From positions 62,620,001 to 62,684,000 of the forward strand of contig CM059430.1 of the NCBI GenBank assembly GCA_030390025.1: 64,000 bases of DNA, read 5' to 3'. Numbering within the stretch: the stretch's first letter is position 1; each line of letters begins with the position of its first letter. The notes below the pieces were generated by a model. It saw only the letters and a list, made by a program, of their open reading frames with translations, was not told the origin of the DNA and made no database searches. Both the position numbers and the translations under genes were made by a program. Shown here piece by piece: positions 24,179 to 36,629 of the stretch. Source of the stretch: Squalus acanthias (lineage: Eukaryota).

Positions 24179-25353
24179 CTGCAAGATTAATAGGAACATT
24201 ACGTTTTGACGAGCGATGGCTAACAATAGGCCTCAAGATCGTTTATTGGTTGAACTATGACGATGCTTTCAGTAACTCCGCGGTATAAAACGGCAATAAG
24301 AAAGTTTAAAAACAAAATATTATTTCTTTTAGATATAATATTTGAAGTAACTTCTTGATCGAATGGATGTAACATTCTGGATTAATCTGCGCATCGCACT
24401 ACCGGTTTAGGGATCTCAAAACAATGTTTTTGGAGAGTTAGAATACGAGAGAAATCAATTTCCCATGACCAAAAGACTTGTTCTTGTTATTGAACTCTCT
24501 TATTTATTAACATATAGTTTGAGGAAATTGGAGGCAATTTTGTCACAAGCGTTTCTTCGATGCCTGCACAAAATTCTGGATTGCAGCAAAATGTTAAAAT
24601 GCCCATTTCAATTATCCGAATTGTTTTCATTAAAGTAAGAATGTCATTGACTAGTAAAGGATATCAACGGGCGATGGTTCATTGATTATTGTCTTGGGGA
24701 CGGGAAGAGTTGTTCACAATATGATGTATTGAACCGGCTGTCCTGTCGCCTGTTTGCGGGCACAGGTTAAATGAGATTTATGAGACAGATTCCAATTAAA
24801 CCCGGTGTGACATGAACGGGTGAGGGGTAAAAGCTGACCAGGGTTTAATTTCATATCTCTACAGTAGAATTAGCCGATAGGTGGATGATGCTCAGGAACT
24901 GCATTGGAAGAAGCCCGAGTGCAAACAGCATGACTGCAGCTCCTGGTAACAATCTTGGTGCAAGGAGACCAGGCTATGGTAAAGAAGAAAACAATCTTAT
25001 CATTCAAACAAAAGAATTTGAAACGTTCTTAATAATAAGCAGGTGAGGAAATATAATGGGATAGAAAAGATAAACTCATGTTTATGATTGTTATACAATA
25101 TATTTAAAGGAATTTGAAAGCAAATAAGCTTTGACTGAGAATACTTGTGTGGAGAGCGATATAACCCGGTTTTACAAAACATTGGGTTCAATTATATTAT
25201 ACATTATAACATGAATGTAATGCTTTGGTTGAAATTCCTCATGAGACATCCGTGGACTGTCTTCATGATTATTAATAAGTGCAAACTGTACGATATATCT
25301 CTTTACGAATTTAACAGTGGCTGGCTCTCCTTTTTGGTCTGTTCGCTTCATAC

Positions 25354-25665
25354 CTTGGTTAAGTTTAGAAACAGTAAGGGTGACAAGAGCTGAAGTCTCG
25401 AGAGAGACATGAGAAACCAAACAGTTATAACGGGCGTCGCTCGGGACAGGCTGTGTCTCAACCAAAGAGCTGGAAACTTCAAACAGTCCCTCCGTGTTCT
25501 GCACTTTCCTGGTATGTATTCCTAATGCAGTTTCGATGCCATTTTTATACCAAGTGAGGGTGAAATTCTCCGGACAAAACGCAGCCGTTTCACACACAAA
25601 AGACAGAGAAGCAGGCGAATTCCCTTCAGGTGTCCTGGAGACAATCTTCAGTGGGGTTGGGGCCG
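25354..25665 (-). CDS. Gene B C1 exon (open)
   Basis: APTPLKIVS...FVCETAAFCPENFTLTWYKNG...YNCLVSHVSL...NQ; ttccgcag acceptor, CAAG|GTATGA donor. Confidence 0.88.
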
Positions 25666-26184
25666 CTGCGGAACAGAGATTGCACAAAGTCGAGTTACTG
25701 CGCACCATTGGGAGATTAAATACTATTCTGATTTACGTTCGGTCCATTTTATTATAATAGCACCATTCGAAAGCGCAGCCTCCTGTCCATTTAATGTTAC
25801 GCTCATCATCTACACACACCTGATCCATATCGCTCATGGACACCCGCATCTGTTCAATTTTACCCGCGCTATCAATCCAAGCCTTTGAGTTACTTAGCAG
25901 ACAAGTCGCAACAATTTGCTAATCAATGTTAGCTTTTCATAGTCCAAAGAATTAAGCAAGTAAACCTCGGGGGCAAGTTTGCGCGCTGAGTCCCTCCGTG
26001 TTAGGAACAGGTAGACAGTGACCAGTAATCTGCACATTGTGGGTGGCAAAATGAGGGCCTTAGTCGGTATCGGACAGATTTCACAGCCAAAGCCTGATAA
26101 TTGGTGAGAGAAATGATATTCGGTTGAACCTCAGGAGGTTTCAGCAACACAGTTCCTCTGTACTGTTTAATTTATTGGGGATTC

Positions 26185-26840
26185 ATAGAATCAAAGAAAC
26201 ACAGAAATTTCCGGCACGGGAGGCCGTCATTCGGACCATCGTGTCTGTGTCGGGCTAAAAAGAACTATCCAACCTAATTCCACTCTCCAGCTCTTAGTCC
26301 GTAGCCTTGTAGGTTCTGGCACTTCAAGTGCATATCCAAGTACTTTTTAAATGTGATTCGGGTTTCTGCCTCTACCACCCTTTCAGACAGTGAGTTCCAT
26401 ACCTCCACTACCCTCTGGGTGAAAAGATTTCTCATCAACTCCCCTATAATCCTTCTACCCATTACTTTAAATATATGCCTCCTGGATATTGGCCTCTCTG
26501 CTAAAGAAATAGATCCTTCCTATCCACTCTAACCAGGCTCCTCATAATTTTATAAAGCTCAATCAAGTCTCCCCTCAGCCTCCGCTGTTCCAAAGAAAGC
26601 AACCCCAGCCTATCCAATCTTTCCAAATAGCTAAAATTCTCCAGACATGGCAACATCCTCGTAAATCTTCTCTGTACCCTCTCTGGTACAATCACATCTT
26701 TCCTGTAATGTGGTGAACAGAACTGTACGCAGTACTGCAGCTGTGGCCTAACTTGTGTTTTATACTGTTCAAGCATAACCTCCCTGTTCTAACATTCATT
26801 GACTCGGCTAATAAAGCAAAGTATCCCGGACGCCTTTTTA
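26185..26840 (-). mobile_element. CR1 3' fragment in gene B intron 2
   Basis: VRPQLQYCVQF, ERVQRRFTRMLP, RRLRGDLIE. Confidence 0.88.
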
Positions 26841-27355
26841 GGTTAGTGAGGTGACAACGTTGTGTGTTCCAAGCTCCAATTTGTTGAGTGAAGACGTTGA
26901 TCAACAGTTAGTTTCAGCCTGGCTTTCTAATCCCTGACGCTAACATTTTCTGAGAATTAATTTCAGGAATGTTAAACCGCAGAGACAGCAATGGGGGCAG
27001 ACAGAGCATCAGTAATGGACTAAGAGCCGTGTATATGTTGGGAAAGGTGTATTAACATAAATTATTTTCAGTCTTGCAATTTGTTCAGAAATTCCGCTAT
27101 CAGACATCTGGTGTGTAAATTGTGGAGTTTTAGTCTAATTGGTTAATATTTATACATTTTGCATTACTCTGCCTGTGACATTGAGTATCTAATTATCAGT
27201 TCTACACAGAGAACACGAACATACAACTTAACTTACCTAGAAATGTATTATTAGGCATGTGTATACTTCCAAAGGCGGTGCAATAAAACAATCACAAAAC
27301 ATCCCCGTTTGTTATGTTCGATATATTTACGACTGTGCCACTCTCCTGTGTTTCA

Positions 27356-27654
27356 CAATTACTATTAGATGTGATCCGGTTCCATTTCCTCGAACTATTC
27401 CCCGATGGAACACTGCACAGTGATAGACTCCAGAATCTCGGAAAGTCGCGCTCAGCAACTGAAAGAACCCTCTCGCTTTCTGTTATCGGCGCTTGTGCGC
27501 AGGTATTCATTTTCACCCTGTTTTCACCAATACACTCTTACCTTGGAATTGTCCGGCGAGATGGGGAATAAGCAGTATAAGGTGATGTTCCCCCCTCTGG
27601 ATACAGTCGCTTGTTTTGGCACTTGAGTCACTCGGAACGTGTTGTTGTCCGCTG
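27356..27654 (-). pseudogene. Gene B VJ exon (disrupted)
   Basis: VTQVPKQATVSRGGNITLYCLFP...VYW*KQGENEYL...[frameshift]GFFQLLSATFRDSGVYHCAVFHRGIVRGNGTGSHLIV. Confidence 0.88.
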
Positions 27655-28149
27655 CTGTCAGAAAATATAGTCAAGTACAGGTTAATTGTATTAGAGATGA
27701 CCTGGGGATAGAAGACAGAAAAAACCTAGATAGAGATATTGCGGTTCACTAAATGAATGCGGAAACTACTTCGGATATGTAAATTAAAGTAGCTGGGACA
27801 ATGAATAAAGAATTGCCTGTGTAAAAAATCTGGCGGAGATTCAGGCAAAGGAAAAGCAAAGCCGCCGACATTCGGAGCAACTGATGACTCTCTGCATTAA
27901 CTGCGAGTTTGCAACTGTTAAAAAAGGTTTGCGGTTTATTTTCAATTAGATATGCCGCAATGACATTTGACATCATGTAACTGAGGGTTCAGAAATTTGC
28001 CTTCGTTTGTGAAGTGGGATTTTCTAACTTCTGCACTTAATTCGACTGCTCGAATCACATGTGTCACAGACAGCAATGAGTAAGGTAACATTTTTGATTT
28101 TCAAATGCAAAACTTACTAACACACGCGGAGTCAGTGTTGTTTCTTGAC

Positions 28150-29840
28150 AAGTAACGATAGTCTAAGCAGGTTCGACAACAGAGGAGAAGAGTTGGAGAA
28201 TGGTGATTTGGTTGACCATGTCAAAGACTACAGAGAGGTTAAGAACGAACAAAAGATGAGAGTACGCACCACGGTCACATTCACACATAATGGCCCAGAA
28301 ATTGGAGTTCGATGGTTGCCGCGGGGGTAAGGATCCCCCGCGATATCGCACTCCGCGCCTACCTTTGTGGTTTTGGCCCACACGAACTTCAGTTCCTGGG
28401 CCTCTCCCTGGTGCCGGCGCGCAGTGTGTGCGTGTCCCAGAGGCGCAGTTATTTCGATGCGACCTCTGAGATCACGTGGGCCAGTTAGAACCAATGGCAG
28501 CACACCATCTTTCATTCATAGTTTTGACAGCAAGAGCTGTCAAAACTATGAATACAACAAGCCCCCAAAAGAACAGCTAAACCTCAATTCAATTTTTAAA
28601 AAGCCATCACATTAATAAAATAACTATAGTTAAATAAATTATCCACTTTAAACAAAAATTTAAATTTTTGAAAAAATTTAAATTCTTTTTAAAAGTTATA
28701 AAAATAAACTTACCTTTCTTTAAAGTCTCTAAAAAAGATAAACCTGTTGAAAGAAATTTAAAATAATACTTAATTAACTACTTACCTTGTTAAAAGGGGG
28801 TCTTACACCTGCTTTCTTTATGTGTAAAATCTTCAACACTTACCTGCGCATTCAAACCTGAAAAAAAAATGAAGTGCGCTGCGTGCGCACAACCTGTAGC
28901 ATGCACGTGGTTCACTTAGGAACCGCCCCCTTCGCAATACCCGAAGTGCCGGTTTCCCACGCATGCGCAGTGCATGCAGGAAACGGCACTTCGGGACCTA
29001 ATACGCGAGAGTACACAGTGCGTACTCTCCCACATTAGGTCTAATTTTCGGGCCATTGCAATTCATGACCTTGGTTCGGCCGTTTAGGTGTGTGAGAGGT
29101 GGAAACTGGGTGGAGAGATTGAAACAAGAGCTGATTGGGATATAGGCACGCGTCTTTGAGGTGACAACATTCTGACTGTCTTAAGGGAGGAAAGGGAGGT
29201 TGGGTATGTGGTGGCAGTTTGCAAGAAGGGAGCAGTCGAGAGTGAGTTTATTAGGAAGGGGTGGTGACAACGGTTTCCAAACGAAAGGGGACAGTCTCTT
29301 AGGAGAGGCAGCATTTAAAATGTTAGGTTTGATGGGGGCCAGGAAAGGAAGTTGGATGGTCAGTGATTAAGTCTGAAGAGGGTCTATGAAGCAGGAGGTG
29401 GTTCATGTGGATTAGATGAGCTTAGAGAGTGCATGTGGGGAAGAAGGAAGAGATGATATAGGGAAACAAGGATTCAGAGGTATCTTATGACGTGGAGGAG
29501 ATATTTGGACTGGTGTGAAAGGTGAAAGGAGAAAGGTGTAGAGGTAGCTGCGCGGACGGTCTCTATTTGATGACAAAGAAATCCATGAGCTCTATGAACA
29601 TGTTGATAGCAGAGATATCTTTAAGCAGGTGGTTGGTAGAGGGGGGAAGTAACGGTGGGTTACCATTGCTGTCCAGGGCAATTATAGGGTACCGGGCAGT
29701 TATAGCAGAGAGCAGGAAGACTCTGCAACGCTTCACTTGGTCCAGCCAGAATAGGCTTTGGATGCCTACACCATTTGTTTGCAAGATGCGGTCAAGTGGA
29801 CTTGAGGAGGTGAAGATAAAAAGCACACCAGGGTTATAAC
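28150..29840 (-). mobile_element. Degenerate L2-type LINE fragments, interrupted by a MITE
   Basis: LLFVLNLSVVFDMVNQ resembles the L2 RT motif LDLSAAFDTVDH; pyrimidine-rich L2-like sequence at 29080-29600. Confidence 0.55.
28292..29054 (+). mobile_element. MITE, PIF/Harbinger-like, ~760 bp
   Basis: TIR ggcccagaaatt...aattttcgggcc, AAT/ATT flanks, perfect 17-bp internal hairpin at 28515-28552. Confidence 0.8.
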
Positions 29841-30279
29841 CAGAATAGGAGACAGTGAAGGATTTGCTTGGCCTAAGTTCATTTATTCTTGATTTCTGTT
29901 TCTTATAAACAGGTTTCTAAATTATTTCATTCGAGGCGTGCACAGTTCCCAGTTACACATCTCAGAAACTCACCTTGGTACAGAGCTGCAGAATCTCTTA
30001 CTCGCCATGGGAAATTTGATAATTTATAGATCTCCCATGCTGATGCTCAAAGTAAGTTTGAGGATACAATATTCAACAAGATTTCTGTTAGATCTCCATC
30101 ATTTGTAGCACTCTTGCATCCGTGTCAGAGGATTGTCGGTTCATTCCCCACTCAAGAGATTTCAACGCATCATCTACACTGCCACTTCAGTGCTGTGTTG
30201 GGGTGTGCTGCACTGTCGGAGATGTCGTTTTTCAGGTGAAATGTTAAAGAGCCACGTCTGTCCTCTCAAATCGGTCTGT

Positions 30280-30400
30280 CATTCTTTATTGCTTTCTTTT
30301 TTTTCTTACTTTCTGCATTCTTTCTATCGAGTTTTATTTCTTTCTAGCTTTCTTTCTTGCTTTCTTTCTTTCTTTCCAGCTTTCCTCCTTCCTTCCATGT
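30280..30400 (+). repeat. Degenerate (CTTT)n simple repeat
   Basis: tttctttc units visible. Confidence 0.8.
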
Positions 30401-31339
30401 AAGGGTTGCAGCTCAGCAGGTCTGGGACCAATGTCCTCGCGGGGATGTTAACTAGTGCTATGGGAGGGGCGCACCAGAATGAAGCATTAGAGATAAGATA
30501 CTAGGTGCACAGATGACTGAGAGAGACAAATCGCATTAGAATAAAGAGTAGTTCAGCAATAGAAGGGATCAGACAGGATTGAAATGCAAGGCAGAATAAC
30601 ATGTGTTTAGAGAGCACGTGTGTAAATGCTTTGAGCATGCTAAGTAAGGTTGGTAAACTACAGGCACAAGTAGGCACATGGGAGTATGAAATAATGGCAA
30701 TAACGGAAACCTGGCTTAATGGACGACCTCATTTATCCAGCATAGACTGGGGTAATAAAGGTGTAAATGGCAAAAAGGGGTTAAAAGATATGTTTCTCAC
30801 ATAAAGGATTATTGAGACACCGAATATCTGAATGTAAGTGGCTAATGAGGCAGAAACTATAATATAATTCAAACGGCAATTAGATATGCAATTCCTAATT
30901 TATTCTGGGGATATGAGCGTCGCTGGCAAGGCCGCCATTTATTGCCCATCCCCAGTGGCCCTTGAGAAGGTGATGGCGGGCTTCCTTCTTAAACGCTGCA
31001 GTGCAAGTGGTTAAAGTGCTCCCACAATGCTGTTCGGTAGGGACTTCCAGGATTTCCATCCATCAACGTTGAAAGGATATCAGCGAAAGGACAGCGAATG
31101 AAATGAGAGAACTTCAGGTGACGAGGTGGTACTGGCACAGGCGGAATTGACTCAATGGCCTCCTCCTGCTCTGCAATTTCAGTGTTTCTATAAATTGGTT
31201 TTAGCAGTCTCTGGGCAATGTCGGGGGTATAATCAAGGTTCCAGCTTATGATCCCTTCTGTAATTAACATATTCAGTGATGCCGGCTCAGGGTCACTGTC
31301 TAAGTTGACACATAAACAATTACATCTTGGGCAATTACC

Positions 31340-32540
31340 TCTATTCCATTCTCCCAGTTTCTCCGTCTCCGCCGCATCTGCTCTGACGATGCCACCTTCC
31401 ATACTAATGCTTCCGACATGTCTTTCTTTTTCCTCAAACGAGGATTCCCCTCTACTGTGGTTGACACGGCCCTTGAACGTGTCCGTTCTATTTCCCGCAC
31501 TTCTGCTCTCACCCCTTCCCCTCCCTCCCGGAACGACGATAGGGTTCCCCTTGTCCTTACTTTTCACCTCACCAGCCTCCACATTCAATGGATCATCCTC
31601 CGCCTTTTCCACAACCTCCAGCATGATCCCAACACCAAACGCATCTTCCCCTCACCTCCCCTTTCAGCATTCCAAAGGGACTGCTCCCTCCGTGACAACC
31701 TGGTCCACTCCTCTATCACCCCAAACACTCCTTCCCCTTCGCCTGGCACCTTCACGTGCCAGCACAAGAGATGCAATACATGCCCTTTTACCTCCTCCCT
31801 TCCAACTGTCCAGGGCCCCAAACACTCCTTCCAGGTGAAACAGCGATTTACTTGCACTTCTTGCAATTTAGTGCACTGTATTCGCTGCTCACGATGCGGT
31901 CTCCTCTAAATTGAGGAGACCAAATGCAGATTGGGTGAATGCTTTGCGGAACAACTCTGTTCCCTCCGTAAGGGTAACCTCGAGCTTCCGGTCACCTGTC
32001 ACTTTAATTCTCCGCTTCACTCCCACTCTGACCTCTCCGTCCTTGGCCTCTTACACTCTTCCAATGAAGCTTAACGTAAGCTCGAGCAACAGGACCTCAT
32101 TTTCGATTAGGCACTTTACAACCTTCTGGACTCAACATCGAGTTCAACAATTTCAGGACGTAACCTCGGCCCCTATTTTTTTTTCATTTTTTTCTCTCTC
32201 TCACATGGCAGCTGTCGATCATTCAGCAATTGCCATTTACACTTCATCCAGAGCCATCTTTTGTTTCTTAACTTGTCCCATTACCATCTCCTTTTGCCTT
32301 GCACCATCATCCCGATTGTCTCTTAATCTCTCCTGCCTTCCATCCTATCGCAGACCTTCCCTTTTGTTCTTTCCTCCCCTCCCCCTTTCACCTGCCCCAA
32401 GACTTACTTAAAAACCTGTTCCATCTTCAGCTTTTTCCAGTTCTGACGAAGGGGCATCGACCTAAAACGTTAACTCTGTTTCTCTCTCCACAGATGCTGC
32501 CTGACCTGCTGAGTATTTCCAGCATTTACTGTTTTTACCT
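31340..32540 (+). mobile_element. Penelope-like element 3' fragment (RT thumb, GIY-YIG endonuclease, terminal repeat)
   Basis: RGFP..VVD, RVPLVLTFH, CQHKRCNTC, FTCTSCNLVHCIRCSRCGLL*IEETK; terminal ctgacgaagg...acgttaactctg. Confidence 0.88.
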
Positions 32541-32669
32541 CTTGGGCAAGCTCCGGAGACCCGCAAAAGGCCCTGTCGTCAGGAAAAATCTGCACTTCTT
32601 GGAGAGGAGAAAATTGGTTAAACAAATATTTTGAAGCCGACTTTCTGAATTAATAAACCACTCTCTTAC

Positions 32670-32789
32670 CATTAACGGAAGTTGATTTTACCTGTTCCAC
32701 AATAATGCCCATCAGCATCAGGATTTCCAGCTAACCCAGAAACACCCGAACAATCAGTAAGCGCTCGATTCCGCCACTGTGGTCCACGT
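32670..32789 (-). pseudogene. Orphan TM-like exon relic with an intramembrane Arg
   Basis: VDHSGGIERLLIVRVFLG*LEILMLMGIIVEQVKSTSVN followed by a G|GTAAGA donor; pyrimidine tract upstream but acceptor apparently AG>AA; one internal TAG. Confidence 0.5.
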
Positions 32790-33041
32790 TTTAGGAAGAA
32801 GATAGAGCTGCACGGTTATGCCAGACTGATAGCGGCAGTAGAATTGAACCCTCAATGAAACAATTTCGGTGCGACAGGAAATAAATCATCTTTTATATTA
32901 GAAACAAAATTATTTTAGTTCTAAGGATTTCGTTAAAAATACCGAACAGGGAAATTTACCGAAAGGCTGCAAACAACGACGAGAGGAGTTCAGAACCCAG
33001 TACTATCTGTCGATTTCTTTGTTACCACGATTTTGTAATTT

Positions 33042-33801
33042 GGCCCAGAAATTCGTCCGAATATGGGAGAGTACGCACTGTGTGCTCACCCATATTCGGT
33101 CCTGAAGTGCCGGTTTCCTGTATGCACTGCGCATGCGCGGGAAACCGGCACTTCCGATATTGGGAAGGGGGCGGTTCCTAAGTGAACCACGGGCGCACGA
33201 CAGGCTGTGCGCACGCAGCACACTTAGTTTTTTTTCAAGTTTCAACGCGAGGGTAAGTATTGGATATTTTACACGTAAAAAAACAGGCGTAAGACCCACT
33301 TTTAACAAGGTAAGTAGTTAATTAAGTATTATTTTAATTTTTTTGAACAGGTTTATCTTTTTTAGAGACTTTAAAGAAAGGTAAGTTTATTTTTATAACT
33401 TTTAAAAAGACTTTAAATTTTTTCAAAAATTTAAATTTTTGTTTAAAGTGGTTAATTTATTTAACAAGAGTTATTTTATTAATGTGATGGTTTTTTTTAA
33501 ATTTAATTGAGGTTTAGCTGTTCTTTTGGGGGCAAGTTGTATTCATAGTTTTGACAGGTCTCATGTCAAAACTATGAATGAAAGATGGTGCGCTGCCATT
33601 GGCTCTAACTGACCAACGTGATCCCAGAGGTCGCTTCGAACTAACTGCGCCTCTGGGACACGCACACACTGCGTGCCGGCACCAGGGAGAAGCCCAGGAA
33701 CTGAAGTTCGTGTGGGCCAAAACCATAAAGGCAGGCGCGGAGTGCAATATCGCAGGGGATCCTTACCCCCGCGGCAACCATCGAAGTCCAATTTCTGGGC
33801 C
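33042..33801 (-). mobile_element. MITE, same family, inverted relative to 28292-29054
   Basis: TIR ggcccagaaatt...aatttctgggcc; close reverse-complement match to the 28.3-kb copy. Confidence 0.82.
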
Positions 33802-33816
33802 ATTGCGTTACACTTT

Positions 33817-34170
33817 AGGCCGCGAGTTCGCTGACCTCGGCGGGTCTGTGTCGGGCTACGTGGGTGGCGGGACCAGACCCCGTTGTTAGCTCCATCCCCC
33901 AGTGTGAAATGATTTCACCTTGATTGGGCCCGCTCATTGCATTTCCCAGCCAATGAGAGGAAGCGGGTCTGGTGACGTCATGTGATGACGCGTCATCAAC
34001 TGCTTTCCTGAAATGGACCAAGTCCAAATTTATGTTGACATTTGTGCTGTCAGTTTTCTACAGCTGCAAACACTGGCAAGTACTGCACAGAGGTGCAGGG
34101 CTGCTCCCAGGCTCTCCCATGACTTCCTCCATATGCTTATGCAGAGAGTCACAGCAGGCAGGGAGTCACA
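33817..34170 (+). mobile_element. Probable 5' fragment of a Harbinger-type transposon (promoter-like motifs and start of a Myb/SANT-like ORF)
   Basis: GC-rich start ggccgcg, CCAAT, TGACGTCA; RAAPRLSHDFLHMLMQRV resembles the Myb/SANT-like N-terminus. Confidence 0.4.
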
Positions 34171-34183
34171 GCATACAGTGGTG

Positions 34184-35059
34184 TTCCCCAAAGTTCGCTA
34201 CTGCTTTTCTTGATATACATTAATGACTTGGACTTGGGTGTACAGGGCATAATTTCAAAATATGCAGATGACACAAAACTTGGAAGTATAGTGAACAGTG
34301 AAGAGGATAGTGATAGACTTCAAGAGGGCATAGACAGGCTGGTGGAATGGGCGGACATGTGGCAAATGAAATGCAATGTAGAAAAGTGCGAAGTGATACA
34401 TTTTGGTAGGATAAACGAGGAAAGTCAATGATCTGGAATGCACTGCCTGGAAGGGTGGTGGGGGTGGATTCAATCGTAGCGTTCAAAATGGAATTGGATA
34501 AGTACATGAAGGAAAAAACATTGCAGGGCTACGGCAAAAGGGCTGGATGAGTGGGATTAGCTGAAGTGCTCTTGCTGAGATCTGGTATGGGGTCGATGGG
34601 CCGAACGGCCACCTCCTGTGCTGTAACCATTCTACACTTCTATTCTGTGATTCTATGAATTATGATGTTACAAGACTTGTTTCCAGTTGTAAGCCTCAGC
34701 TTAATGGTGAAACGAAAAACAAAGCATTTTCAAACAGGTCGAGTAATTTGGTTGGTTCCTCTTTATTTAATGGTTATACGCCCAACACCATTCCAGGCAG
34801 TGCATTCCAGATCATTGACTTTCCTCGTTTATCCTTCCAAAATGCATCACTTCGCACTTTTCTGCGTTACATTTCATCTGCCACATCTCCGCCCATTCCA
34901 CCAGCCTGTCTATGTCCGCTTGAAGTCGATCACTATCCTCCTCAAAGTTCACAATACTTTCAAGTTTTGTGTTATCTGCATATTTTGAAATTGTGCCCTG
35001 TACACCCAAGTACAAGTCATTAATATATATCAAGAAAAGCAGTTGCGATCCTTGGGGAA
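34184..35059. repeat. Local inverted repeat with ~275-bp arms (34184-34460 and 34784-35059) made of a CR1 fragment
   Basis: Mirror ORFs 34210..34431 (+) and 34812..35033 (-) share the same internal deletion junction (GRINEESQ*). Confidence 0.85.
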
Positions 35060-35367
35060 ATTTTTGTTTTAATACGTTCTTAGCAATTCATCATTGGTGC
35101 TGTTTCTACCCTCCTTCTGCACAATTGGTTTGGGCGTACACATATCAGTTATCATTTGTTCATTTTTAATGATATTAACCTAACTTAAACACATCAGGTG
35201 TAAGTGTTATAAAACGGCATTATCTCCGAGATAGCTTGTTGGCATTCTCCTACCAGAATGGTGTGGTTTTAAATTCCCAGATTTCATAAAATCGACAGGG
35301 TTAGACTCCTGGAATTGATCAACTCTTTCGTGTTTCAGTCCGTGATGGTCCACGTAGTCCAAATATT

Positions 35368-36108
35368 GGCCCAAAAATTAAACACTGAGTGTTCACGCAG
35401 GGGTAAGGCTTCCCCGCGATATCTCACTCCGCGCCTACCTTTTTCCTCCGGACCCACATGAACTTTAGTTTCAAGGATGCAGCTGTGCAGTGCTTGCGTA
35501 ACCCAGAGACGCAATTAGTTCGTGCGAGCTCTGGGATCACGTGATTCAGTTAGAGCCAATGGCAGCACACCATCTTTCATTCATAGTTTTGACAGGAAGA
35601 CCTGTCAAAGCTATGAATACTATACCCCCCGAAAAGAACAGCTAAACCTCAATTAAATTTTAAAAAAGCCATCACATTAATAAAATAAGTATAGTTAAAT
35701 AAATTAACCATTTTAACAAAAAATTAAATTTTTGAAAAAATTTAAAATCTTTTTAAAAGTTATAAAAATAAACTTACCTTTCTTTAAAGACTCTAAAAAA
35801 GATAAACCTGTTGAAAAAAATTAAAATAATACTTAATTAACTACTTACCTTGTTAAAAGAGGGTCTTATGCCTCCTTTCTTTATGTGTAAAATCTTCCAT
35901 GCTTACCTGTGCATTCAAAGCACTAAGTGCACTGCGTGCACGCAGCCTGTAGCGCGCACGCGGTTTACTTAGGAACCGCCCCCTTTTGAATTCACGAAGT
36001 GCCGGTTTCCCGCGTATGCGCAGTGCATGCTGGAAACCGGCAATTGGAGCCCAAAAACGCGAGAGTACACAGTGCGTACTCTCGCGTATTAGGTCTAATT
36101 TTCGGGCC
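35368..36108 (+). mobile_element. MITE, same family, ATT target duplication
   Basis: aaatATT-ggccc...gggcc-ATTgag versus the empty paralogous site aaatATTgag at ~52317-52326. Confidence 0.85.
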
Positions 36109-36629
36109 ATTGAGTATGTGGATGAACAATGTTGTCACACGAGGAAAGGTGGTAAAAAGGGCCATGGTGCAACTCACCATCAACGTTGAAAAGAATCATA
36201 AAATCATTGAAATTTATGGCACAGAAGGAGGCTATTCGGCCCATCGTGTCTGCGCCGGTCGAAAAAGAGCCATCCAGGCGCATCCCACTTCCCAGCTCTT
36301 GATCCATAGCCTTGCAAGTTACGGCACTTCAATGCATATCCAAGTACAATTTAATTGTGATTAGGGTTTCTGCCTCTCCAACCCTTTCAGGTAGTGTGCT
36401 CCAGACCCCCAACGCCCTCTCGGTAAAAAAAGATCTCCTCAACTCCCCTGTAATCCTTCTATCAATTACTTTAAACCTGTGCCCTTTGGTTATTGCCTTC
36501 TCTGCTAATTGATATACGCGCTTCCTATCCACTCCAACTAAGTTCCTTATAATTTTATATACCTCAATTATGTCTCCCCTCAGCATAATCTGTTCCAAAA
36601 AAACAACCTCAGCTTATCCAATTTTTCCT

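Larger units (their letters stand above)
15714..27871 (-). pseudogene. Gene B: VJ-C1-TM receptor pseudogene with an uncharged TM and ITIM/ITSM tail. Exons 27817-27871, 27356-27654, 25354-25665, 24065-24178, 23356-23396, tail exons at 19.3/19.0 kb and 16.1/15.8 kb
   Basis: V exon has TGG>TGA at 27524-27526, a ~22-nt frameshifting deletion near 27470 and a degraded donor. Linker exon donor is deleted. C1 and TM exons are intact. Confidence 0.8.

Noticed and set aside
29014-29050. CACAGTG heptamers, here and at ~36068, as recombination signal sequences
   Set aside because: They lie in MITE hairpin loops, have no nonamer at 12 or 23 bp, and are not adjacent to V exons
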